Shown in pieces: positions 18,980 through 29,294 of a DNA stretch of 64,000 nt. Below the pieces are notes generated by a model. That model did not search any database. It saw only the letters and a list, made by a program, of their open reading frames with translations, and had not been told where the DNA came from. How positions within the stretch are numbered: position 1 is the stretch's first letter; each line of letters begins with the position of its first letter. The position numbers and the translations under genes were made by a program. Origin of the DNA: a virus (taxonomy: Duplodnaviria; Caudoviricetes); the IMG/VR virus record IMGVR_UViG_3300035498_000179, positions 4,941-68,940 of that record; one strand, written 5' to 3'.

Positions 18980-19409
18980 GCTAGTTAAAGCTTGCTAGAA
19001 ATCGGATGTATTCCTTGAATTTCTCAAGTCTTTAAATGGCATACTCGGGATCTCGGATCGAGAGATGGAAGTATTTGCAGAGTTGACTAAGTTATAGGCT
19101 GCTAGAAATAAAGACCCGAAAGCTGAAAAGAACATAGTTGATACGGAAGCTAGAAAGCATATTGAGCAAAACCTCGGTGTTACTCAAGATAACCTCTGCA
19201 GATACTTAAAGAAATTCAAAGATAAACATTTACTGATTCCAGCGTTGGCTGATGAAGAGTGGGTGGTCAATCCGATATTGATCCCCGAATTAATAAAGAA
19301 CACCGTACAAATAACGATAATACTTCATACATATGATACAGTATCTGAAGAAAAAATTAACAAAGTTGCTTCGATTAAAGAGACAGGAGGAGTGGCTGAT
19401 CAATCTTAA
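18972..19409 (+). CDS. Putative DNA-binding (HTH-like) protein, code 15 with 2 in-frame TAG
   Basis: MNKLVKAC[Q]KSDVFLEFLKSLNGILGISDREMEVFAELTKL[Q]AARN... is open to TAA at 19407-19409. It fills a gap in the ORF track. Confidence 0.7.
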
Positions 19410-19674
19410 TGGCGATATACTACACACGACTACACCAAATTGGTTCGAGCGCTACATCTTACGTAAGCATGTTGTAATAAATATTTATACGCCCAAGAAG
19501 CCGTATAACGAAAAAGAGCAAGCTAAGCTCGGTAAGTTAGTAGCACTTACTATGGGTGATACCGCATATACGGCTAGCACTGCATTAACTATTGTTAATG
19601 CTATTAGACCTAACACTTTTGAAAAGTCTATTGCTGACGCAGAAGCGTCACCTTACTATCAGACGTTGTTATGA
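19333..19674 (+). CDS. Hypothetical protein
   Basis: 113 aa; TGA overlaps the next ATG. Confidence 0.55.
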   Translation: MIQYLKKKLTKLLRLKRQEEWLINLNGDILHTTTPNWFERYILRKHVVINIYTPKKPYNEKEQAKLGKLVALTMGDTAYTASTALTIVNAIRPNTFEKSIADAEASPYYQTLL

Positions 19675-19877
19675 AACCGGTAATAAAACCGACAATATAT
19701 ACAGAGTTAGCTAATAAATATCAGTTGCCTTACCAAGTTATCGAAGTAATCTGCAATAGTCCTTTTAAATTTGCTAAGCAAGTAATGCAAGATGACGATG
19801 ATATTAAAGATGTGATGTTTGCTTACTTGTTTAAAGTTAAACTTAAAAATCGTATAAAGAATGAGATTAATAAATAG
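19671..19877 (+). CDS. HU/IHF-like small DNA-binding protein (TAG stop; 28 aa longer if read through)
   Basis: IYTELANKYQLPYQVIEVICNSPF...VMFAYLFKVKLK pattern. Confidence 0.55.
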   Translation: MKPVIKPTIYTELANKYQLPYQVIEVICNSPFKFAKQVMQDDDDIKDVMFAYLFKVKLKNRIKNEINK

Positions 19878-20562
19878 CTCGGTAGAGATCCTCGACCAGA
19901 TAAACGGCGAAGAGGTTCTAAAGAAGTTAGAGAGGATAGCAAGAACATGCTACAAGAGTGAAAAGCGCATTACTGAGGATGGTTCGTCTGCTAGGAAATT
20001 GCTGACTAATATCATTAAATCAGGTCATGAAGCAATGATTGAGCATTACTCATTCAGTGTTAAGTTTATCTGCAGTAGAGCAATATCACATGAATTGGTA
20101 AGACATAGAATGGCTAGTTTTGCGCAGGAGAGTCAGCGTTATGTTAATTACGGCAAGCGTGGAGGGATCGAATTTATTATACCAGTTAATCTGGAAAATC
20201 AAATAAGCCCTGGAGACGACGCGTTATCAGTATCGATAAAAGATCTGATTAATGGTTGTAATGACTATAGCTTTGCTGAAAGATTTGCAGCAAATGCGTG
20301 GCGCAGTGAAAATGTATATCTTACGGCGATAGAAAGCGGAGTAAAGCCACAAGAAGCCAGAGATTTACTAATAAATGCAACTAAGACTGAAGTAGTAATG
20401 ACAGCTAATCTTCGTGAATGGAGGCACTTCTTTGAATTACGTTGCGATCAAGCCACTCACCCAGATATGCGCAAGTTGGCGTTAGACTTACTCAAACAAG
20501 CGCATGAAAAGATACCTGTGATATTCGATGATTTGTACGACAAGTTTATAAAAACAGAATGA
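19861..20562 (+). CDS. thyX: FAD-dependent thymidylate synthase
   Basis: GHEAMIEH, SRAISHELVRHR.ASFAQESQRY and NLREWRHFFELR motifs. Confidence 0.95.
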   Translation: MRLINSSVEILDQINGEEVLKKLERIARTCYKSEKRITEDGSSARKLLTNIIKSGHEAMIEHYSFSVKFICSRAISHELVRHRMASFAQESQRYVNYGKRGGIEFIIPVNLENQISPGDDALSVSIKDLINGCNDYSFAERFAANAWRSENVYLTAIESGVKPQEARDLLINATKTEVVMTANLREWRHFFELRCDQATHPDMRKLALDLLKQAHEKIPVIFDDLYDKFIKTE

Positions 20563-20697
20563 TATGTGGGAATTTTTACGAGAGTGTTTGAAGAAACAAT
20601 ATACATTTCATTGCCTTGACGGCATCGATTTCCCTGCCGATATACTGAATGATATGCTGATGTGGATTGCAATGAGTGATAATAGAATAATGCAATT

Positions 20698-21210
20698 ATG
20701 GTCTTAAAAGAATACAATAATATCTATACAAGAACATTATTTGTTGCGGTCACTGACAACAGGAAAGACTTGCAGAAATTAGTTAAGGACTTTACTTTCT
20801 GTACACGGGAGTATCCATTCACAACCCAATATACGGGTGATCTTGTAGAATTTTTAGCAAATGTGTGTAATCGCACTACTGCGTTTTGTTCACCAGTAAT
20901 TCGAAACAGTGATAATAAATGCGGCATCATGTGCATTATCCCAGAAGTGAAGGGTGCAGATATAAACACTGTTGCACACGAAGCAACTCACATTACGGAC
21001 TATTTTTATCAATCATTACAAATGGACGCCCAGGATTATTCAGAGGGTAATGAGCCTTACGCTTACCTTGTTGGCTGGGCCGCTGAGAATATACACAAAA
21101 CGTGTTGCGAATATGAGACAAAGCTTAGAAGAGTCAAAAATTCTATGGGCTCTAGAAAAAATGGGCCAAGGAGAAGTAAAAAACGAAGCGTTCAACAAAC
21201 TGATGAATAG
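20698..21210 (+). CDS. Hypothetical protein with an HExxH (zincin-like) motif
   Basis: VAHEATHIT...EPYAYLVGW. Confidence 0.6.
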   Translation: MVLKEYNNIYTRTLFVAVTDNRKDLQKLVKDFTFCTREYPFTTQYTGDLVEFLANVCNRTTAFCSPVIRNSDNKCGIMCIIPEVKGADINTVAHEATHITDYFYQSLQMDAQDYSEGNEPYAYLVGWAAENIHKTCCEYETKLRRVKNSMGSRKNGPRRSKKRSVQQTDE

Positions 21211-21373
21211 GGTTGATAAGTTGATCGACTATTATGATGTAACTTACGAAGAGTTTAGATATGATCTTTCTAGTGAGTTTGAAAAGGTTGGTCAGACATT
21301 GAGCGATTCGCATGAAATAATAACTACTGTTTCTACTAATTTAATAAACAAGTATAAGAAATATGGAGAGTAA
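21113..21373 (+). CDS. Hypothetical protein (likely start MRQSLEES)
   Basis: ATG at 21113 within ORF 20972..21373. Confidence 0.55.
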   Translation: MRQSLEESKILWALEKMGQGEVKNEAFNKLMNRVDKLIDYYDVTYEEFRYDLSSEFEKVGQTLSDSHEIITTVSTNLINKYKKYGE

Positions 21374-21692
21374 AAAGTACGATCAGGGTAAGGCTAGAAT
21401 GGATTTGATCCCTCTAAGTGTTATGGAAAATGTAGCTAAGATACTTGGGATGGGCGCTGAGAAGTATGGTGAAAACAACTGGCAAGAGTTACCAGACTTC
21501 TGGAAGAGATACAAAGCTGCTTTGTTAAGACATCTGACCGCCATAGACAAAGGTGAATTGATAGACCCAGAGAGTGGCTTACCTCATATAGATCACGTAC
21601 TTTGCAATGCTGTATTTCTTAGTTATGGTTACCACCACGGTAAAGCAGTTAGTATAAACGAAAAAGATATTGATGATGACACTGAAATTTAA
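21363..21692 (+). CDS. dATP/dGTP diphosphohydrolase-domain (DUF5664-like) protein
   Basis: KKYDQGKARMDLIP...GAEKYGENNW...ALLRHL...DPESGLPHIDH motifs. Confidence 0.8.
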   Translation: MESKKYDQGKARMDLIPLSVMENVAKILGMGAEKYGENNWQELPDFWKRYKAALLRHLTAIDKGELIDPESGLPHIDHVLCNAVFLSYGYHHGKAVSINEKDIDDDTEI

Positions 21693-22182
21693 AAAGTTAG
21701 ATTACACCGTAACAAGTGGAGACGGTGTTGAAGAGATTAAGAAGTCTGAAGGAAAGTTACCTACTAGAGCTAAAACAGGTGATGCCGGTTTAGACCTGTA
21801 TTCTACACGTGTTACACAGGAGGTTGATAATAGTGGTAAAGTAGTGCTTACTTACCATACTGATATCGCTGTAGAAATCCCTGAAGGCTACTGCGGGTTA
21901 TTGATGATGAAATCTTCAGTTTGGCGTAGGTCACTTACTTTAGTTAATGGTACAGGAATGATAGACGCTGGTTACAGAGGTGAAATCCAGGGTAAGTTCA
22001 AAGTAATCACTGATGCTATACCCACCATTTACCAGGTAGGCGAGCCGTTCGCACAGTTGGTAATTGTACCGTGTTACATTGCTACGCCGGAATTCGTTGA
22101 AGAATTGAGTGAAACCGATCGTGGTGAAAAGGGTTTCGGTGAAGCTACAGAAGAGATGTTGAATAATAAAAATGCAGAGTAA
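21670..22182 (+). CDS. dut: dUTPase (trimeric)
   Basis: AGLDL, G.IDAGYRGEI, FAQLV and RGEKGFG motifs. Confidence 0.92.
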   Translation: MMMTLKFKKLDYTVTSGDGVEEIKKSEGKLPTRAKTGDAGLDLYSTRVTQEVDNSGKVVLTYHTDIAVEIPEGYCGLLMMKSSVWRRSLTLVNGTGMIDAGYRGEIQGKFKVITDAIPTIYQVGEPFAQLVIVPCYIATPEFVEELSETDRGEKGFGEATEEMLNNKNAE

Positions 22183-22184
22183 TT

Positions 22185-22514
22185 ATGAAGATGAATATAC
22201 AAGTTGCAGGTGAATCTGGTGTTGGTACTTACATGATAGTAAGCACTGAAGTGTGGACAGCTAAGTCTACCCCGGTAACAGGTGAGTGGACTGATGATAC
22301 AGAAAAGGAAGCTGTAGATGAGATCGCAATGGCGCTTTCCGATAATGAAGCTAACCTTTTGTATGCAGAATATGACAGCTTTGTAGAAGCTCGCAAGAAT
22401 GCAGAGGCTGAAGCAGCATATCGTGCTGAACACCCTGAGGAGTTTGAAACACATAGTATGGATGAGAGTGACGGCATCATGAGCGCGTCTATACCTGAAC
22501 CACAGGCTGAGTGA
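22185..22514 (+). CDS. Acidic hypothetical protein
   Basis: 109 aa, packed with neighbours. Confidence 0.65.
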   Translation: MKMNIQVAGESGVGTYMIVSTEVWTAKSTPVTGEWTDDTEKEAVDEIAMALSDNEANLLYAEYDSFVEARKNAEAEAAYRAEHPEEFETHSMDESDGIMSASIPEPQAE

Positions 22515-22759
22515 TGAGTAGTGCACCGAAATTAGTAGAACTGCAAACTGTAGGCGATGGCCTGCAGTTCGTGGTTACCGTCAACGACGAGACATTCACA
22601 TCACCGGTAATAATGAAAGAACCGTATACGCAGGAACAGATTGACGATGCATTAGGCTTAATACTTGTTTCAATTGACCCAATGTGGCGACCGATGGTAA
22701 AGTCTCAGGCAGCTGACGCAATAAAGAACCTGAACATAACAGAAGATGAAACTGTTTGA
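22511..22759 (+). CDS. Hypothetical protein
   Basis: 82 aa, overlapping start and stop. Confidence 0.6.
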   Translation: MMSSAPKLVELQTVGDGLQFVVTVNDETFTSPVIMKEPYTQEQIDDALGLILVSIDPMWRPMVKSQAADAIKNLNITEDETV

Positions 22760-23282
22760 TATAACCGGTGGTCAGATAACAATCCACGCCGATATGTTAG
22801 GTTTGCCACCGTTTAAGAAGGTTTGGGAAGCAGACAAGGACAAGGAACACGCTATCAACCTAATCAGTTATATCGTACTGATGTGGTATTACAAATCACC
22901 ATATGTACAGCAATTAGATCCAGAAACTAGAGAAAAGAAGCTCAAGGACATCTACTTTGGTGATGAAAACTATTCGCTTACTGTAGATGAAAAGATCTGT
23001 GAATCTGACTATAAAGACCTTATTTATACCCGTAATTTAAAGATGCTTGATAGTATGCGTAATAAGATTGATACTATCAGTCAATATTATGAAGACTCGC
23101 TTAGTGAGGAGTTAGATGAGCGTAAGATCAAAGATCTGTTAGCTGGTATGGAAAAGGTTAAAGCTACATTCCAGACATTGGATTTCCTTGAAAAAGCTGT
23201 TAAAGCTGAGGAATATGATAGTGTTAAAGTACGTGGTGATTCGAAGATTAATCCGTATGAACTTGTAAATTCCAAACGATAA
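22746..23282 (+). CDS. Conserved crAss-like protein upstream of terminase (possible small terminase subunit)
   Basis: 178 aa. The position before TerL is suggestive; the function is inferred only. Confidence 0.55.
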   Translation: MKLFDITGGQITIHADMLGLPPFKKVWEADKDKEHAINLISYIVLMWYYKSPYVQQLDPETREKKLKDIYFGDENYSLTVDEKICESDYKDLIYTRNLKMLDSMRNKIDTISQYYEDSLSEELDERKIKDLLAGMEKVKATFQTLDFLEKAVKAEEYDSVKVRGDSKINPYELVNSKR

Positions 23283-23284
23283 AA

Positions 23285-23313
23285 TACAACTTTTTTGATA
23301 ACATGCGTTATAG
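23285..23313 (+). promoter_or_regulatory. ECF-type promoter TACAAC-N15-CGTTATAG upstream of the suppressor tRNA
   Basis: Matches the repeated motif; lies 21 nt before the ATG at 23334 and ~320 nt before the tRNA. Confidence 0.6.
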
Positions 23314-23333
23314 TATTTAAATAAAGAAATCGT

Positions 23334-23564
23334 ATGAAGAAAGTATTAGATTGCACAGATTGCAACAGTGTTGCAGAAGTTGCAGAGAAGATCGAGAAGG
23401 ATCTGTTGGCAAATATGCCGAGATTTAACACAAAGAAGAACTCTAAGAAGAAACACAATCAGAAACAGACGACGTCTACTGATGAGGCTAAATCCGAGAA
23501 AGAAGAAAAGCCGGTAAAGCTCAGTGTCTGGAAGAGAATCAAGAACTGGTTCAAGAGATTGTAA
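23334..23564 (+). CDS. Small basic protein
   Basis: 76 aa, Lys-rich, C-terminal WKRIKNWFKRL amphipathic helix. Confidence 0.65.
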   Translation: MKKVLDCTDCNSVAEVAEKIEKDLLANMPRFNTKKNSKKKHNQKQTTSTDEAKSEKEEKPVKLSVWKRIKNWFKRL

Positions 23565-23664
23565 TTTTAGATCGAAAGATCACGCTTCATTCTAGTCATT
23601 TGCGGTTGGACATTAACTAACCGCCATATTGCCCATTGGCGTACCGGCTAGCGCACCTGGCTCT

Positions 23665-24659
23665 TAAAACTTTTCAATGTATAATTGATTATAAACTATG
23701 GCAAATAAGATATACGAATTGACGGACGAACAGTTCATCGAATTGATAAAGAACAGCGGGAATATCGCTGAAGTGTTATTCAAATTAGGATGTTCAGTAA
23801 AAGGAAACTCCTGGGGTTATTCACAAGTAAAGCAAAGAATGACTGATTTAAATATCGGTTATGACTTGTTTAAAGGTAAAAAAGCTGCAATTGAAATTAC
23901 CCAATTCTGTAAGAGACTAGACGGGGATTTGATACTACGAGAAAATTGCAGACACTCTAGACAAGCATTACGTAGACATATAATTAGCAACAAGTTGCTA
24001 CCTTATAAATGTGCTATTTGTGGAGTAACCGAATGGAATGGTAAAACTTTAAGTTTGGAAATAGATCATATAAACGGCATAAATAATGACAACCGTTTAG
24101 AAAATCTAAGATTCTTATGCCCTAATTGCCATAGTCAAACTTCAACTTACGGTAGTAGAAACAGACAGATAAATGAACCGAGATACGAAATATCTGACGA
24201 TCTTAGGAAACTCATACGTGAAACTTATGAGAAATATAAGAATGTGAAAGTGGTATCTAGTATCCTTGGTATACGACGAAAGGTTGTTACTATTGTAGTA
24301 AATGAAGAAGGTTTGAAACACAGTAATCAAAAGTACGTTATACGTTACGATGCAAATTATAACGAGTTAAAACGATACGGTAGCTTAGTAGAAGCTGCAA
24401 AAGATCTTATAGCAAACAACGAAGTTATAACAAAGCAAGTAAAGACCTGTACTAGAACAATATCTATGAACAATGGAAAGTTCTGGTTAAACAGTTATTG
24501 GAAAGTGTTGGATGGCTGCGGGATAATAGATAATCCGCAGTTAGAATCTTCTCTAATTGACTCGGAAGATAGAAATATTGACGAGGCGCAAGCGAAAGCA
24601 GCGTGACAGACTAAACGAGAAGACTGATCTTAGGATTGGATTTAATAGTCGTGATAATG
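23665..24659 (+). mobile_element. Group I intron (995 nt) inserted between anticodon positions U35 and A36
   Basis: The 5' exon ends in U and the intron ends in G. P1 pairs 23665-23678 with 24497-24512, with IGS GUU-G-GA. Other helices: P2 CUGCGG/CCGCAG, P3 CUUCUC/GAGAAG, P4-P6 with GAAA loops, P7 GACUA/UAGUC. Confidence 0.88.
23698..24606 (+). CDS. Intron-encoded HNH homing endonuclease
   Basis: CAICG...LEIDHINGINNDNRLENLRFLCPNCHSQT. 302 aa, no TAG. Starts in the P1 loop and runs into the intron core. Confidence 0.9.
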   Translation: MANKIYELTDEQFIELIKNSGNIAEVLFKLGCSVKGNSWGYSQVKQRMTDLNIGYDLFKGKKAAIEITQFCKRLDGDLILRENCRHSRQALRRHIISNKLLPYKCAICGVTEWNGKTLSLEIDHINGINNDNRLENLRFLCPNCHSQTSTYGSRNRQINEPRYEISDDLRKLIRETYEKYKNVKVVSSILGIRRKVVTIVVNEEGLKHSNQKYVIRYDANYNELKRYGSLVEAAKDLIANNEVITKQVKTCTRTISMNNGKFWLNSYWKVLDGCGIIDNPQLESSLIDSEDRNIDEAQAKAA

Positions 24660-24731
24660 AACCCAGGGGGAGTGGGATCGACACCTACATGGGCTACCTG
24701 AATCATAATAATTTAATTTAAGAAACAGTAA

Positions 24732-26795
24732 ATGGTTGATTTCTAGAAAAAAATAAGAAATTCGGACAAGTTCCGTGAACCAGCCCTGTAGTTTATTGCT
24801 ACAGGGCATTACTGTTTATACCCTGCTGGTACGTCCGAATACTATCAGTATTGGGATGAACAGTTGAAGCGATGTATTGATGGTTATACTGCTGCAGATG
24901 GTGACTACATCTCTGGGTATAACTATTTTTATATTAATTTCTGCCCTATTCAGCGTATTGTAAACACAGTTACTAAATTAGATAATGGCGATACTAGAGT
25001 AAAGCGTACTAGTGAGGTTACATTCCCGGACTTCTATGATTACGATTATTACTATTTTCAAGCAGTACAATAGGCGGAAGATGAAGGTAAGCATATCTGC
25101 TTACTTAAGTCCCGTCGTAAAGGTTTTAGTTATAAAGGCGGTTCTATGGCTTGCCGTAATTACTACCTAATACCAAATAGTAAGACTTATATCTATGCGT
25201 CAAATAAGCAGTACCTTACTGAAGACGGCATTCTTACTAAAGCGTGGGACTATATGGACTTCATAGATAAGAATACAGCCTGGGGTAAGAAGCGATCTGT
25301 AAATACGAACATGCGTAAACGATCTGGCTTCATTACTAAGGATGAATTTGGTAACGAGGTTGAGCAGGGTTATAAATCAGAAATTATTGGTGTAACGCTG
25401 AAGGATAACCCAGACGTAGTACGTGGTAAGCGTGCTAAGCTTATTCTATTTGAAGAAGGTGGTTCATTCTCCGAATTAGGTGCTGCGTGGCAGATTGCTA
25501 GACCGTCTGTAGAACAAGACGGTATCGCATTTGGTACTATGATTGTGTGGGGTACCGGTGGTGATGAAGGTAGTGCGTTTGCAACTATGAAGGACATGTT
25601 CTATAACCCAGAAGGTTATAACTGTCTCGGATTCTAGAATATCTGGGATGAGGGTTTAAGTAGTAAGGAATGCGGATTCTTTGTACCATAGTATACTAAT
25701 CTGGATACACGTGATGAGAATGGTAACCGCATCTACATGGATGACGATGGTAATACATATACTAAGAAATCCATGGAATTCATCCTTGAGCAGCGCAGGA
25801 AAGTAATAGAGAATGCAACTAACTCTACAGCGGTAGATAGATATGTAGCGGAACGTCCTATAACTCCAGCTGAAGCTATGCTGGAATTCAACGGTAATAT
25901 CTTCCCAAAGAAAGAATTACAGGAGCAATTAGCCTTACTACGAACTAATAAGAATTTGTCTAACTACAAACAGGTTGGCGATCTTGTGTTTGACGAGTCT
26001 AATCAATTACGCTGGATACCTAAGAAAACTGGTGATATTACACATTACCCATTAAATAAAGATGATGACCCTACCGGATCTATAGTAATCTGGGAACATC
26101 CAAATAAAGAAGCAAGCGCCGGATTGTATTGCGCAGGCTGTGACCCTTATGATCATGATCAATCTACGACTACTTCATTAGGGTCTTGCTTTGTGTATAA
26201 ACGCGTACAAAACTTAGAACAATATTCTGATATCATCGTTGCGGAGTATACTGGAAGACCAGAGTCTTCTGATGACTTCTACGAAAACGTACGTAAGCTG
26301 TTACTTTATTATGGTGCAACACTGATGTACGAGAACCAGAATAAAGGGTTATTCGTGTACTTTACACAAAAGCACTGCGATTACTTATTAGCCGATACAC
26401 CCGATATCATTAATGATGTAGTTGCTAATTCTAAAGTAAATCGTAAGAAAGGTTGCCACATGAATAAGCAGATTAAATAGTGGGGCGAAGGGTTAATTAA
26501 AGAATGGCTCAATGAGGTTAATGCTAATGGCAAAAAGAACCTATACAACATACTTTCAGAACCGCTATTAGAAGAATTGATAAGCTATAATGATGTGGGT
26601 AACTTCGACCGTGTGATGGCGTATATGCAGGTAATGATCTATCGCGAACAGTTGTTCAACGTAGTGGTCAAGAAGAAAGAAAAAGAAAACAAGTCTAGGA
26701 TGCTATTTGATGGACCGATATTTGCGCAAAATTGGTTTGAGGATAAGCCTCAGAGTAGTGTGTTAGACGATAATGTATATACATTCGGAACATGA
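24732..26795 (+). CDS. terL: Terminase large subunit, code 15 (6 TAG), 687 aa
   Basis: KSRRKGFSYKGG Walker A region, LILFEEGG Walker B, and CAGCDPYD nuclease motif. TAG at 24744, 24789, 25071, 25635, 25689 and 26478 join four track ORFs in one frame. Confidence 0.93.
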
Positions 26796-29287
26796 AAAAT
26801 AGTAGTAAATTCCCAGCACAGAAGCTCCCTATGCGACTCAAAACCAAGACATGGCGAGAACAGTGCGTAGACTATATTGTCGGTGAAGGTGACACAGGTT
26901 ACTCCGGCATAAATGGGGAAGAATATGAAGAAATGCAAACGTACTATGATCTGTATAACAGTATCTATAATGAGAAGGATCTGAAGTATGTTACTAACCC
27001 GTTTAAGCAAGACGATGGATTCCCTGCAACAGCACAGGACTACAACATCATAAAGCCTTACATAGACCAGCTGCTTGGTGAAGAGACTAAGCGTCCATTT
27101 AATTTCCAAGTATGCCACACTAGTAATGATGCTAAATCAGACCTACAGGATAAAGCTAAGGAGATGCTTATAAACTATTTATAGGCAACTATTATGAGTA
27201 AGCTTGGACCTGAGGAACAGTAGCGCTATCAGGAAGGGTTACAGTCTGGTGAGATTATGACCCCTGAACAGATTCAGAAGTACATTAACAAGGAATATAA
27301 GGACATTGCTGAGATTGAAAGCTACCATGCACTGGAGTACCTCAAACGTAAATTAAACGTGTACCACGAGTTCTATAAGGGCTGGAAAGACGGTTTAATT
27401 GCTGGTAGAGAGATCTATTACTGTGGTATAGTGAATGGTCAGCCTTACATGGAAAGAGTCAACCCTGAGTACTTTAAATTCGAGAAATGCGCTGATTTGG
27501 AGTTCATTCATGACGCAGCTTGGTGCTGTCGCAAGATGGTAATGTCTGCTACAGATATCTACGATCGTTTCTACGATAAGATGACTGAGAAGCAGTTGAA
27601 TGACTTACTGGAGTTGATTGAAGATAAACCAGGAGCTGGTTATACATCTGAGATACGTAAGACCAACATGGACTACGAATCAATGAAGATGCATAGAGTA
27701 AGTCCCTTTACTGATAATCCATTTGATAGCGATCACATCAATGTATGGCATTGCTGTTGGAAGTCGTTTAAGAAGATTGGATTCGTATCAGTAATTGATC
27801 CTGAAAGCGGTGAAGTAGAAGAGTACCAAGTAGATGAAGATTACAAAGTAACTGGTATGGAACAATCTGTTGAGTGGAAATGGATTGTTGAAGTGTGGGA
27901 AGGCTATAGAATTGGCGATAGTTTATACTTAGGTATAGAACCTTTAGCTTACCAGCACGTATCTGCAGATAACCCCAATTCACAGAGATTACCTTACACT
28001 GGTGTAATCTATAACAACACCAACAGTAAGCCCAGATCATTAGTAAGTATGCTGAAACCGTTACAGTACATGTATATCGTAGTATGGTATCGTTTGGAAT
28101 TAGCTATGTCTCGTGATAAAGGTAAGGTAGCGTTGATCGATGTTACACAGATCCCTAAGAGTATGGGTATTGACGTTGGTAAGTGGATGCATTACTTAAG
28201 TGCGCTTGGTGTAGCATTCATTAATCCCGCCGAAGAAGGTTGGGATGTACCTGGTCGTGAAGGTGGTCGTACAGCACAGTTTAATCAGTTCCAGTCGTGG
28301 GATTTGAGTATGGCTAATGTAATAGACCAGTACGTTAATTTGATGGCTAAGATCGAAGATATGGTAGCCAAATTAACTGGTATTACACCACAACGTCAGG
28401 GTCAGATTGCAGCAAGTGAATTGGTTACTAACGCTAATACAGCTGTTACGATGTCCTACCATATCACTGAACCGTGGTTCTGGACTCACAATCAGGCTAA
28501 ACGTGAAGCGCTGAATATGCTGCTCAATACTAGTCGTGTAGCATGGAAAGACAGTAAGATATGTCTTAACTATATACTTGATGATGGTACTAGAGCATTT
28601 ATTCAATTATCTGATCAATTCCAGTATTCTGATATAGATATCTTTATTGAAGATAGCACGAAGAATAGTCAGAACATTGAACAGTTACGTCAGTTGATGC
28701 AACCGGCTATGCAGAATGGTGCTAGCTTACTCGATATAGCTGAGATCATTACTATGGATAATGTCACTATGATCAAGGACAAATTAGCTGAGATTGAGCA
28801 GAAACGTATGGAGCAGATGCAACAGCAGCAACAGGCTGAACAGCAAGCACAGCAGCAACAGATTGAAATGCAGAATCAGGTTAAGGAAGAGGAGCTGATG
28901 ATCAAGGAAGCAGAGATGGATCTTAAGAAATATGAGATTGATCAGAATAATGCTACTAAGATTACAGTTGCTGAGCTTAATGCTTATCGTGGTACTGAGA
29001 ATATGGATCAAAACGGAGATGGCGAAATAGACGTTGTTGAGATTGCAAATCAAGCGTTGCAAAAACAAAAAGTAGATTCTGAAACTGCAGCTAAACAATT
29101 AGAATTAAACAACAAGCGCAGAGAAATTGAGAATAAAAAAGAAATCGAGAATAAGAAATTAGAATTAGAAAAACAAAAAATGAAACATGAAACGGAACTT
29201 TAGAAATAGAAAGATGCGGAAGCTTATAAGCGTGAAAAATTAAAAGCATCCACAGCTCTAAAGAATCATGTTGTTGGAGAAAAATAA
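26792..29287 (+). CDS. Portal protein, code 15 (4 TAG), 831 aa
   Basis: crAss-like portal signature directly after TerL. TAG at 27182, 27221, 29201 and 29207; ends at TAA. Confidence 0.88.
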
Positions 29288-29294
29288 AAATCTT

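Larger units (their letters stand above)
23630..24696 (+). tRNA. Amber suppressor tRNA (anticodon CUA, probably Gln), split by a group I intron
   Basis: Exon 1 is 23630-23664 and exon 2 is 24660-24696. Joined they give acceptor UGCCCAU/AUGGGCU-A, D-stem GCGU/GCGC, anticodon stem CCUGG/CCAGG with 7-nt loop CU-CUA-AC, and T-arm GUGGG-AUCGACA-CCUAC. Confidence 0.88.

Noticed and set aside
23565-24730. Theta (HDV-like) ribozyme next to the suppressor tRNA
   Set aside because: Only 36 AT-rich nt separate the tRNA from the terminase start, and the leader has two simple hairpins without nested pseudoknots.
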